Shown in pieces: positions 37,941 to 48,495 of a stretch of DNA of 64,000 bases. Source of the stretch: Neophaeotheca triangularis. Lineage: Eukaryota. Below the pieces are notes generated by a model, which worked only from the letters and a program-made list of their open reading frames with translations, ran no database searches and was not told the DNA's origin. The first letter of the stretch is position 1; every line of letters starts with the position of its first letter. The position numbers and the translations under genes are program-made. The stretch covers positions 248,001-312,000 of the forward strand of contig BAAIJX010000023.1 of assembly GCA_054600435.1 (NCBI GenBank). The letters are read 5' to 3'.

Positions 37941-38927
37941 CTATAGCGACGATACCATGCCTGTGATGCCGGACTTTTGCGCTTCGCTCAGCTGGACCCC
38001 CAGCCAGCGGTCTAGTCCTTGTATACGCTCTTCTTCGGTTTCGAAGGTTGCCAGTGCTTCCTTGTCTCCTCGAACTCTGCGGTGGCAGTCCTTGCCGTTC
38101 AACGTCACGTCACCGACGATATGCTGCCCATCCTCGCTCAGCAAAAACTTGGAGCATATCACTGTGTAAGTGAAGAAGCTCGTGCGGCTGGTGCTGGTGA
38201 AGTGATTCATGACATTAAAGTCCGCCGGCAGAGTCTCCAACCCATCCGGGAAACAGTACCCAGGCACCCAAGCATTCTCCTCACCGATCCTACGCTCATA
38301 AACCCACAGCTTGAGACTCTGATTCTCGTTCTCCGGAATACTGTCCCATCGCAACCGGACTTCCTGCTTAGGCTCACTCTGCATATTGACGCTGGGCTCC
38401 CGATCGATAAGGCTAAGAGGATGTGTGGGCCCGCCAGTCCCAAAGCCAACATCGACCATGTACCTCCCGTCGCCGACGACAACGACATTCACCATGTGCG
38501 TCCAGCCGGTGTACCTCTCCCTCTCCTCGGGCGTTGCGCTGGGTGGCAAAGCGGCCGCATTCACGGAATTGACTCGTGCTCCTACCGAGTAGATACTGAA
38601 ACCCAGCGAGCGTAGCAGAGTTGCAAAGAAGGCGTTGTTCTCCATGCAATAGCCACCGCGGCCTGTGCCCTGGGTTACGGTTTTGTGGTACAGCGCATCC
38701 GGATCTATGGAGATGGTGTGTGTAGGGCTGTAGTGGAGCTCAAGGTTCTCGAACGGCACCGAAGTTAACATTGATCGTTGGAGAGTTGCCAGATATTGTA
38801 ATCGAGAGGCCTCGTCGAGTTTGGTGGCGTCATGATGCCGCAGTTCTTGGGGGAGATGGATGCGGTCGAATATGTGGCCAATTTGGTCTTGTGAGTAGGT
38901 TGGCTTCCTTATTGGGTTCGCAGGCAT
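37941..38927 (-). CDS. Arylamine N-acetyltransferase
   Basis: VPFENL, GRGGYCMENN (catalytic Cys), THMVN (His), VDVGFG (Asp). Intronless. Confidence 0.95.
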   Translation of the reverse strand: MPANPIRKPTYSQDQIGHIFDRIHLPQELRHHDATKLDEASRLQYLATLQRSMLTSVPFENLELHYSPTHTISIDPDALYHKTVTQGTGRGGYCMENNAFFATLLRSLGFSIYSVGARVNSVNAAALPPSATPEERERYTGWTHMVNVVVVGDGRYMVDVGFGTGGPTHPLSLIDREPSVNMQSEPKQEVRLRWDSIPENENQSLKLWVYERRIGEENAWVPGYCFPDGLETLPADFNVMNHFTSTSRTSFFTYTVICSKFLLSEDGQHIVGDVTLNGKDCHRRVRGDKEALATFETEEERIQGLDRWLGVQLSEAQKSGITGMVSSL

Positions 38928-39393
38928 CTTTGCAAAGTATCCAGGTAACGAGATGTCAAGGCAGGCGGCCGGATAGTTTCAAGTACGCAGTCCAGAGGGA
39001 GAACAACGCGTGGCCTGGACGTTTGAAATGGCCACTGCAAGGACGACGCTTTAGAATCGGGTAGATACAGAGGTTCACACTGCTCACACTGCTCACACTA
39101 TTCTCCTCTCTAGTCTTTGTCGTAAATATCAAAGTGGAGATTACCACATTGATGCATCAAATTTGATTGGTGAGGTAGGTACTTGTGTATGCACTCGGGA
39201 AAATCGTAGTCGACCAAGTCCACGATGCCCGATTAGGCAGGCACGCAACAGGCGAGATCCGACATCACCTCATTGACGTCTATCTTCTATAAATCCATAT
39301 ATCGCTTGACAGTCATTTTCTCGACTTTTGGTGTTACTGTCATTTCTAGTGACAAAGGCTTGCTTCAATACGCAAGTCTTCTTTTCGTTCAAT

Positions 39394-40535
39394 ATGGCCA
39401 ACGAGCACCATCCCAACACTGTTACGGTGAGCTTGGAAGACCTACAGAACGGAACAGTGTCGCTCGAGACCCTCGAAGAAGCCTTTGGACCCGACTCACT
39501 AGGCATCGTCATCGTCAGTGGACTGCCGGAAAAGTTCAAAGAGCTACGGACGAATCTTTTGAGCCTCTCAAGCTATTTGGCCAACTTGCCTGATCACGAA
39601 CTCGGTAGCGCACCCTGATATCCGTCCAAACGACAACATCCCACTAACACAAACCAGCCAAAGTAGAAAAGCCCGAAACCGGGTACAATGTAGGCTGGTC
39701 CTGCGGCAAAGAAACCCTAGCCAACGGCCGCTACGACACCTTCAAAGGCTCCTACTACGCGCAACCCATCCATAACACGGCCCTGGAAAGCAAAGCGCGC
39801 CAGCTCTACCCCAACGTCCCCGCCCTAACCACCCCGAACGTCTGGCCCGACCCTGCCATCCTCCCAGACTTCGCCGAAACCTTTGAAGACCTCTGCGGCC
39901 TCATAGTCGATACTGCGGCCCTGGTGGCTCGCAACTGCGACCGCTACGGCGTCGCGAAACTCGAGGGCTACGCCGAAAAAACCCTGGAAAACATCGTCCG
40001 CAGCAGCGTCTCCACCAAAGCCCGGCTACTGCACTACTTCCCCCCGCCCCCGCAACCCGAAACCCCCAACCCCGACTCGGCCCCCTCTCTCGACCACGAC
40101 GACTGGTGCGCCACGCACACCGACCTCGGCGCCCTAACAGGCCTCACGTCGCAAATGTTCATCGACGAAGCCGAGCACCCACCCACTCTCCCCGAGTCCA
40201 CTCTGCCCTCCCTTCCCCTCCCTCCCCTCCCCGAACTCCAGCACCACCCAGACCCGCAAGCAGGCTTATACATCAAATCCCGCAGCGGACGCATCACCCA
40301 AGTCGACATCCCGCGCGATTGCCTGGCGTTTCAGACGGGAGAGGCGCTGCAATGCATCACGCGGGGCAGGTTCCGAGCGGTTCCACATTTTGTGCGGGGC
40401 GCCAGAGCCGGGAAAGCTGGGAGGATTGCGCGGAATACGCTGGCGGTTTTTACGCAGCCGAATTTGTGGGAGTTGGTGGATGGGGAGCGGGATTTTGCTG
40501 CTTTTGGGAAGGTGGCGTTGGAGGGGACGTTGTGA
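39394..40535 (+). CDS. 2-oxoglutarate/Fe(II) dioxygenase (IPNS/clavaminate synthase-like fold)
   Basis: ATG 39394, intron 39605-39657. AFGPDSLGIV, GWSCGKE, RLLHYFP, HTD (HxD), VPHFV, RNTLAVF. Confidence 0.88.
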
Positions 40536-40548
40536 AGGGGGGTTCGTT

Positions 40549-42393
40549 TTACTTTTGGGGAGGGGGGAGGGGGGTGGGTTTTGTGGGGGACGTTTTTTGT
40601 TTCTTGTTCTCGAGAATCTGGATGCGGTCGGCGTAAGGGTTGGTGTAGGGGTTGTGGAGTTCGGCGATGGTGCTCATGCAAGCGGCTGCTGGGTCGCCGC
40701 TGGCCGTCAGGCTGCCGTTCCAGTACTCGTTGCCGGGAAACGAGTTGCCATCCCATGCATAGCTGAGGACTAGCAGTTGATCCGTGTTGATTTTTTCCGC
40801 TGGATTGCGCTTGCTGAACACGGCCTTGATGCCCTGGGTCTTGGCTGCCAGGGTGACCGCGTCGATGGTCGCTTTGGCGACGCTGATGTAAGCGAACTCC
40901 AACGTCCCGATGCGAGGGAGACTTAGTTCTTCCAGCGCTTGCGTGAAAGCCTCGATGTAGTATTGCGGCTGCTGAGCGCTACGCTGCCAGACTCCCAACC
41001 CAAGACCTACGACATACGTATACGCTTGCCGGCCATCTCCAGCGGCGCGACGATCGGCCTCCATCAGCAATATATCGATGGTGATGCGCATACGAGCCTT
41101 GTACATGTCGACGTCCAAACCAGGCTTCTCACTTTTCACGAGACCAGGACCGAGCCACTGTTGGAAGATCTCGCTCAGACAAGAGTCTTGCTTTGGATTC
41201 TTGACCGTGGGAAGCATGTGCACCGAATCCATACGGTCAGGTCTCTCGAAACGCGCGCCCACCAACCCAACGATGACGCCCCTCGTCTCGAACGTCCCGG
41301 GCTTACCTGGCTTCCCGCTGTTGTTGCGGTTACCATCGTTGATGAAATGACTCGGCCCACTGACCCCCACCAGAGACGCCAGCATGATTTCATCATAACT
41401 CAGATACTCCTCCAACGTCAATGTGGCGTTCTGATCTTGCTCCATGGTGCCGTTGCGGTCCCACTCGGCTTTCGAATTCTTGAGCTTGCTGCCGTCGCGG
41501 AGAACCGTGAAGTCGTTTCCGCCCATGAAGACGAGAGGGCGCTTAGTGACGAGGCGGGTCACGAGATCCTGCCAGGTGAAACCATTCGGACGGCCGTAGA
41601 AGGCTTGTTCGTACGTTGAGCCCATGGTACGCTTATGGGCGAGGAAGCTTTCGAGTAGTTTTGGGAAGCGCGAGTGGATGATGATGGTTGTGGCTTTGGC
41701 GTCGGCGGCGATGGTGGCTGGGTCGAATTTTTTGATGGTGTTCGTGGTGATTGAAGGGTTGATGTTGAGGCGGTTGGGCGTGAGGAAGGACAATGGGTCG
41801 CCTTTGGATGGCGAGGTTTTGCTGGTGTTGGTCATTGAGCCACCTTTTGCCTTTTTGGGTGAAGTAGGCTTGCTGTCGACCTTCGATACATCGCTTTTCT
41901 TGTCGGGAGACGTAGACTTCGTTCTAGCTGTAGAGCTAGCTTTTGACTTTTGTTTGATGGCAGCTGCGGTTTCAATCTTCCCCTCTGCCTTCAACTTGGA
42001 GGCCCCCTTGCTTGCAGCGCGAGACCTCTTGCTGGCCGCAACATCCTTAGGTTTGGCGGCTGAAGCTGCTTTTGGAATGTCCTGCTTCTCAGCCTTTGGC
42101 TTGGATACCTTGCTACCGGCATCTTTGGACTTGACAGTCTTCCCCTCAGCAGCTTTCTTCGTCGCAATGGAGGAGTTCCTCGCAGCCGCTGTATTGGCCC
42201 CGGCGGAAACGTTTTTAGCAGCACGTGGAAGCCTTGCCCTCATAGCCGCAGTCTTCGAAGCCGCCTTTACGAATGACTTTTTAGTGGCAGTAGCAGTAAC
42301 AATCCTTCCAGTGGTTTCGTCAGCGTCATCGTTATGTTGAGCCTTCTTCTCAATCGCGCCGACCCCCTTGACAGCTTTGCGCTTAGGAGACAT
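40549..42393 (-). CDS. DUF4804/MavL-like macrodomain protein with ~200-aa Lys/Ala-rich N-terminus
   Basis: C-terminal motifs EEYLSYDEIMLASL, FINDGNRNN, GLVGARFE, VGLGLGVW, YAWDGNSFPGNEYW, SGDPAAAC...ELHNP recalled as DUF4804-like. ATG 42393 (MSPKRK). Confidence 0.8.
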   Translation of the reverse strand: MSPKRKAVKGVGAIEKKAQHNDDADETTGRIVTATATKKSFVKAASKTAAMRARLPRAAKNVSAGANTAAARNSSIATKKAAEGKTVKSKDAGSKVSKPKAEKQDIPKAASAAKPKDVAASKRSRAASKGASKLKAEGKIETAAAIKQKSKASSTARTKSTSPDKKSDVSKVDSKPTSPKKAKGGSMTNTSKTSPSKGDPLSFLTPNRLNINPSITTNTIKKFDPATIAADAKATTIIIHSRFPKLLESFLAHKRTMGSTYEQAFYGRPNGFTWQDLVTRLVTKRPLVFMGGNDFTVLRDGSKLKNSKAEWDRNGTMEQDQNATLTLEEYLSYDEIMLASLVGVSGPSHFINDGNRNNSGKPGKPGTFETRGVIVGLVGARFERPDRMDSVHMLPTVKNPKQDSCLSEIFQQWLGPGLVKSEKPGLDVDMYKARMRITIDILLMEADRRAAGDGRQAYTYVVGLGLGVWQRSAQQPQYYIEAFTQALEELSLPRIGTLEFAYISVAKATIDAVTLAAKTQGIKAVFSKRNPAEKINTDQLLVLSYAWDGNSFPGNEYWNGSLTASGDPAAACMSTIAELHNPYTNPYADRIQILENKKQKTSPTKPTPLPPPQK

Positions 42394-44519
42394 GATTGCA
42401 CAACAGGTTCCCAAGTAGCAGACCCATCCTGAGCGGCGTAGCTAAGAGTGTATTAAGAAAATCGAAAAGAGAAAGCAGAAACCTACGTGTGTATGTCTGT
42501 CGAGTGTGGAATGCAAATGTAATGCGTGGCATGCGTTGCTATATCCGCTCGTAATACCTCCCTGCGGCGATGCATGTCTTGCATTAGGTCTTGGAGAGAC
42601 ATATTGCGGTAGTCCGTGTCAAAAAAGAAACAAAACACGAGTTCCAACTGTCGAGGGCTGGTCTCATGTATTAAATGTATGGTACCTTCTTGCTGCGCCT
42701 CAACGCTGGCTGTGCAATCCCTCGCCTCCACGGGGTATGCTGACAGCGGTCGGAAGTTGTCACCCTTTACCATTCCCTCTCGCTAAAAGCCACAAACGTC
42801 TACGCCTATCTTTTAGACACCTTGACGCCTGGAGGTAAGTTTGAGAGCGCACTATTCCTGTGATGGAGGGACAAACCAAGGAGCGTAGTAAAATCTACAT
42901 TTTATCTGGCAATTTCAGCCCAATTCCTATATCATCTGGCCGGTGCTCCTCGAAACGGCAATGATGACCAAGGTCGCAGTTGACTTGTGGCAATCCCGAT
43001 CAATGAAGATAAGTAACAAGGCAGCTGTTCGAACAATAAAGAAGTGAAAAGAATCAAGCTGGGGCATCACAGACCTGAGCCCCAACAGACCAGAACCACC
43101 CTATGGCCTGTGGTCGCAGACTGCTTAGCCGTTGCTCCTCCCTCCTCACGCTCCTCCTACAGGTGTCGATTAAACTGTCCCAAGCACTTCTGAGTCTTCT
43201 ACCCATCTTGACGCTTTGGGTCTCCCGCCCGCTTCGGAAGGTATTGATGGAGGAGCTAGGCAGCGTCTTAACGAATGATCAAGCGCTGACCTAGAATTGT
43301 AGCCGTACCGTGTTGCTTGTCAACTCGGGTCGAGGTCCGGTCTAACAATCGCTCTTGGAGCTCGTTGGAGAGAACGCTATGGGTCGCAGCATCATAAAAA
43401 ACCTCTGCATCCTCATTGCCTCTACCATAGCGCGGCGCGGAGCCGGTCCACCTTGCCAAAATTACCCAAGCTAGAGCCCCTTCCAAAACCCCATGCGTTA
43501 GACATGTTCCGCGTCGCCTTCAGTGCTAAGGCACGGGAGAGCGGACTCGAGCTCTTCGGAAGAAATGCTTTTGCCCGCGAGTTGTTGAAACGTGGCCACT
43601 TTCTTTGACAAGAAGCTTCCATAGAGCGGCGGTGTAGTGTAGAAATACAGAGAAAAGTGAGAGAAAATCCCTCGAGATCGATACGAGGGTGGAGAGACTT
43701 ATCCTTGGCGCATGGGAAACGGGGGACCTGGTGTGGATGAAAGAGAGGCGGATTGCGGACGCAAATGAGGGGTAAGGGAGGTGGGGAGTGGGAGAACAAG
43801 AGGGGAAGGAGAAGCTGCCTGCTGTATTGTTAAGGCAACGTTGCAATCGTGTGAGAGGGGGCGGGGCGTGGCCTGGGAACAACAAATTCCAAGGAAAAGT
43901 CGTGGCCGGGAGAGCTGATATCGATCATACCGGGCAATGCAGCATAGTGAATTCGCATGAACAACTATAAGGATGGGTACGTCTTGGTGAGGCTAGTTAT
44001 CTCCCCAGCTGCCTGGCCACAAGGTAGTGTAGTCTTCAGTTGGTTGGTAGAAGATAGCAGAGTGGGTACGTAGTATACCTTGTAGTGTCAAGTGAAGTTG
44101 AAAGAGACACTTCCGCGGCGAAAGGGAGAAGCAGCCCAGCCTTACCTTATCGAAGCATTTTATCTTATCTTTTAGCCTTGCGAGATCGGCGGCATCGCGT
44201 GCTGAACTTTCGCAAGACTCTGAGTGGCGCCGAGTCTCGGGCTTATCTTATCGTAGGTATCATTTTGCGATAACGATGCCCTGGCGGCCGGACGTTTTTT
44301 TGTTGATGTCGTTCGTTCGCTCGGTTCGGAAATAGTCGAGAGGAAAGATTCACTGCATGTCGTGATTATCGTAGATATACTACTCGTAATCACTCAATCC
44401 CTTTCTTTGTTGGGGCGTCTGGAGTCACCGTCTCCCCATTTCTTCCGCCCTTTCGCTCGTCTTCGGCTGTCACAATCCAAACTACCTATCGCCTCGACTC
44501 ATCCCACTTCGACCTAGCC

Positions 44520-46346
44520 ATGAGTACGACTACAACGACAACCACAACGGCCACCCCCCCGCCAGCCCTCCTGACCGCCGTCGACTCTACCTCTCACATC
44601 CACCTGATCGTCGGCTCCAACCCCCTTGCCGGCGCAAGATGTAACAAATCCATCCAAGTCGGCGCTAAACCCATCCTCATCGCCCCCGAAGACGCAACCG
44701 TCCACTATGGCTTGGCGAAACGGATAGAAGAAGGCAAAGTGCAATGGATAAAAGAGGTTTTCAACGATGACCATGTCAGGACGCTGGGTAGAGAAGAAAT
44801 CGACGGCTACGTCGATGCCGTCTTTGTGACTTCGGGCAGCTCTTCGCAGACGACCGCGCACATTTCGAGTCTCTGCAGGCGACTGCGCATACCAATCAAT
44901 GTTGCGGATGCGCCGAATCTCTGCACCTTCACATTACTGTCCACACACACTTCAGGTCCGCTGCAAGTTGGTGTGACGACTTCAGGCAAAGGGTGTAAAC
45001 TGGCATCGCGCATTCGGCGAGAGATTGCATCCGCTCTACCACAAGATCTAGGGCACGCCATAGAACGACTCGGCACAGTCAGGAGACGGATATGGGAGGA
45101 AGACCACGCGGCAGAACTATCCATGGAAGGGTTGGAAGCCGAAGACGACGAATCCGGGCAAACAGCAGCGTTCAACAAACTCATCACTCCAACCGACGCC
45201 GAAGCAGCCAAAGCCCGCCGAATGCGCTGGCTAGCCCAGATTTGCGAGTACTGGCCCCTCCGTCGTCTCGCGGCCATTACCGACGCAGACGTCGACACCA
45301 TCCTGGCCTCATATAAATCCGACACTTCGACAACCACCACTTCCGACAGCAAACCTCCCCTCACCCCTTCCACCCTCGACACGCGTCACCACCCTCAACG
45401 CGGCCACATGATCCTCGCAGGCTCCGGCCCAGGCCACCCCGACCTCCTCACAACCGCCACCCACAAAGCTATCCTCCGCGCCGACCTAATCCTAGCCGAC
45501 AAACTCGTTCCCTCGGGCGTCCTCGACCTAATCCCCCGCCGCACCCCCTTACACATCGCGCGAAAATTTCCGGGCAACGCCGAAGCCGCACAACAAGAAC
45601 TCCTCTCCCTTGGCCTCAGCGCTCTGCAAAAAGGCCAAACCGTACTCCGTCTCAAACAAGGCGACCCCTACCTCTACGGCCGCGGCGCCGAAGAATACGC
45701 CTTTTTCCACACCCAACACGCCTACTCAATAACAGTCCTACCGGGCCTCACATCCGCCTTCACCGCCCCGTTATTCGCCCAAATCCCCCTCACCCACCGC
45801 GCAGTAAGCGACCAAGTCCTGGTCTGCACAGGCACGGGCCGCAAAGGCGCTTCCCCGGCTCCCCCACCCTATCTACCCAACCAAACAGTCGTGTTCCTCA
45901 TGTCTCTCCACCGCCTAAGCGACCTCATAACCTCCCTGACCGTGCCCACCTCCTTCACTACGACGCCGCCAACAGTCCTGGATGAAAAATCCCTCTACCC
46001 CGCCACCACCCCTTGCGCAGTCATCGAACGCGCCTCGTGCCCTGACCAACGCGTCATTCGCTCGAGCCTTCAGGACATCGCCGCCGCTATAGAGGAAGAG
46101 GGGTCGCGGCCGCCGGGGTTGTTGGTCGTCGGCGCCGCTTGTGAGGTTGTGGCTCAGTGCGGGAGGGGCAGGAAGTGGGTTGTGGAAGAGGGGTGTGAGG
46201 GGCTTGGATGGCTGGAGCGGGAGGAGGGTGGGATGGGGTTGGAGGGGTTGAAGAGGCAGCTCGAGACGCCTGGGTTGGCGGGGATGGAGAGGGATCCTAT
46301 GGAGAGGGTTGGGAAGGGGGTGGGGGCTGTGGCTGTGGATGGGTGA
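44520..46346 (+). CDS. MET1: Siroheme synthase / uroporphyrinogen-III C-methyltransferase
   Basis: INVADAPNLCTFT, GKGCKLASRIRR, GSGPGHPDLLT, RLKQGDPYLYGRG, VLPGLTSA. Confidence 0.95.
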   Translation: MSTTTTTTTTATPPPALLTAVDSTSHIHLIVGSNPLAGARCNKSIQVGAKPILIAPEDATVHYGLAKRIEEGKVQWIKEVFNDDHVRTLGREEIDGYVDAVFVTSGSSSQTTAHISSLCRRLRIPINVADAPNLCTFTLLSTHTSGPLQVGVTTSGKGCKLASRIRREIASALPQDLGHAIERLGTVRRRIWEEDHAAELSMEGLEAEDDESGQTAAFNKLITPTDAEAAKARRMRWLAQICEYWPLRRLAAITDADVDTILASYKSDTSTTTTSDSKPPLTPSTLDTRHHPQRGHMILAGSGPGHPDLLTTATHKAILRADLILADKLVPSGVLDLIPRRTPLHIARKFPGNAEAAQQELLSLGLSALQKGQTVLRLKQGDPYLYGRGAEEYAFFHTQHAYSITVLPGLTSAFTAPLFAQIPLTHRAVSDQVLVCTGTGRKGASPAPPPYLPNQTVVFLMSLHRLSDLITSLTVPTSFTTTPPTVLDEKSLYPATTPCAVIERASCPDQRVIRSSLQDIAAAIEEEGSRPPGLLVVGAACEVVAQCGRGRKWVVEEGCEGLGWLEREEGGMGLEGLKRQLETPGLAGMERDPMERVGKGVGAVAVDG

Positions 46347-46584
46347 GTTGGGTTGAGTTGAGTTGGGTCACCGGCAGGCGGACACGACATGGCTCAGCTA
46401 GGATAGACTAACCGCCACGTTGATAATTTCTCGGTTGACTCGATGGTTGTTGGATCGTTGAAATTCAATGCCCGCCACGCAATGGGTGCGTATCGATAGA
46501 TGGATACCAAGGTACTTTTATAGAAGATCGCCCATGAATCGAGAAATTCTCTTTCTTTTTTCTTCTATTCCTTTTTCTTCGCTT

Positions 46585-46645
46585 TCCTCTTCTTCTTCTT
46601 CTTCTTCTTCTTCTTCTTCTCCTCCCCCTTCTTCCCCTTCTTCCC
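46585..46645 (+). repeat. (TCT)n microsatellite / pyrimidine tract
   Basis: About 11 TCT units followed by cccctt ct repeats. Confidence 0.9.
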
Positions 46646-46729
46646 CTTATTACTAGCATAGCATAGCTATGCTCCGCTCCGCTCCGCTATCCCACTCAGT
46701 CATCCCTGGTCGCAATGCATGAAAACCTC

Positions 46730-47860
46730 CCTCACCGGATTACCAGCAGCTCGAAGCCTTTTTTTCTCCTTTTGTTAAAATGAGTAGGTTTCCAGCGAAA
46801 TTCTTGGGATTTGTTGTTCGAGTAACTGGGTGATTTTACTCGACCGACTCGAGAGATTTGTCGTTCGAGTAACTCGTTACCTTTTAGAGTGATGGTGACT
46901 CGAGATATTCTGCAGTACCTTGGTAGCTTCCATGGGGTCGATTCAGGCAAGTCGCGCGAGGTGTGTGAAGTTTTTGGGTACGGTAGCTTGTATAAGAGTC
47001 GAGGCTGTTAGGAGGGGCGGGGTTTTTAATCGGGTGACTTGGGGTTTTTGTTTTGGGGAGCTCGAATTGTTTGTTTGAGTTGGCTCGAGAGGTTTGAGAC
47101 TCTTTGGATACCTAGCTCGAGAGGTCTGGTTAACACAGGATCCCAAGAGTAAGGGACCTTGAGTACTAAGGTAAAGGCGAGATTCTAGGTAGAGTAACTC
47201 GCGGAGATGTAAGGTACAAGTAATCCATCCATCCATTCATTCGAGTGATTTGGAGACTTTCTTCACAACCTCACTTGCACGCACTCGAAGGGTCGGGTCT
47301 TTTCCAAGTCGTGCACGAAAGATTACGGTAGGTCGAGCAACTCGAGGTTGGTTCGTTTCGAGTAATCTAGGTAACTCGGGATTAGTTGTTCGAGTGAGTA
47401 CCTCTACATCTCTCTCTTCTCTCGAGAGAGTAATAAGATGAGATAGTAGTGTAGACTCGAGGTACATACACACACACACACTTACTTGAGTAAGTCGGAT
47501 TCCAAGCAACACAAGAGCGTCTCGTCGCTTCTCGAGTAGGCAAGGTAGCCAAGGTATATATATACCTATAGCTCCAACAGGCAACTCGAAAAGCAGCCTC
47601 TCGAATACACCACCTTCCCCTTTCCTAATTACCATGTACCTCGCAAGAGCTTGCTTTCCCACCTCTTGACTTTGGAGTCTACAACTTTCCGAGCAGGGCT
47701 CTGAGTTGACTTTACTCTAGGTACCTAGCTACTCGAAAATCGCTGGGCGCCTTTTGTTTGATGAGTTGGTGTTCGAAGTCGCTAGGCCTACATCTTTTGC
47801 TCGAGTTGGTACTCAAAAGTCACCGCGCATGTATCTTCTGCTCGAATTATAGTACTCAAA
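46730..47860. mobile_element. Degenerate repeat/TE relic, TCGA- and TpA-rich
   Basis: About 26 TCGA counted by eye in ~1.1 kb; stop-rich; no recognisable TE domain. Confidence 0.45.
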
Positions 47861-47874
47861 GTCACCAGGCATCT

Positions 47875-47932
47875 CTACTCTACCCACCTACTCTACCCAC
47901 CCACTCTACCCACCTACTCTACCCACCTACCC
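47875..47932 (+). repeat. 13-bp tandem repeat (CTACTCTACCCAC) x~4
   Basis: ctactctacccac ctactctacccac ccactctacccac ctactctacccac ctaccc. Confidence 0.9.
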
Positions 47933-48040
47933 AAAGCCACTTGGCATACATGATTCATCTTCCGTTGAAGTTACAAACTCTCTTGAGTAACTTGGCTAGG
48001 TATTGAAATAGGCTTTCTTTCGAACTTGCTCCGGATTGTC

Positions 48041-48067
48041 TTTTTTTTTTTTTTTTTTTTTTTTTTT
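48041..48067 (+). repeat. T27 homopolymer (a second T24 run lies at 48384-48407)
   Basis: Directly visible. Confidence 0.95.
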
Positions 48068-48377
48068 GGTATTCTATGTAGTTTGCTACGTTTCTGGGGT
48101 AGTAGTTGGGAACTAACTAGCTTTGAGGGGGTTTGATTTCTGGACCGAGATTGGTTGTTGTTACTTGGTAGGTCGGGGTGCTGGGTAAGGGGGTTTTGAG
48201 TCTTTCGAGTGAAGAAGGGTAGTTTTTTGAATCTCGGATGGAGATGGTGGGGTTGGTTGAAGCGAAGAGGATAAGGGGATAAGGTATACGAGGTCTTAGT
48301 GTAATGGCGCGTTGTTTAAGAAGCAGATAGTCACGAGGATGAGGCAAGGCAAGGCAAGGCAAAAGGTCGTGTACTGC

Positions 48378-48408
<31 letters not shown>

Positions 48409-48495
48409 CCAGCTATACACTTCTACCGACCCTCATCTCCCCGCCTCTACGGCTTAATTGACGAGCACCTCCTTCCTTCCTACTCTGAAGACAGC

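Noticed and set aside
46465..46659. Poly-Arg (protamine-like) and poly-Ser ORFs
   Set aside because: Translations of the (TCT)n microsatellite.
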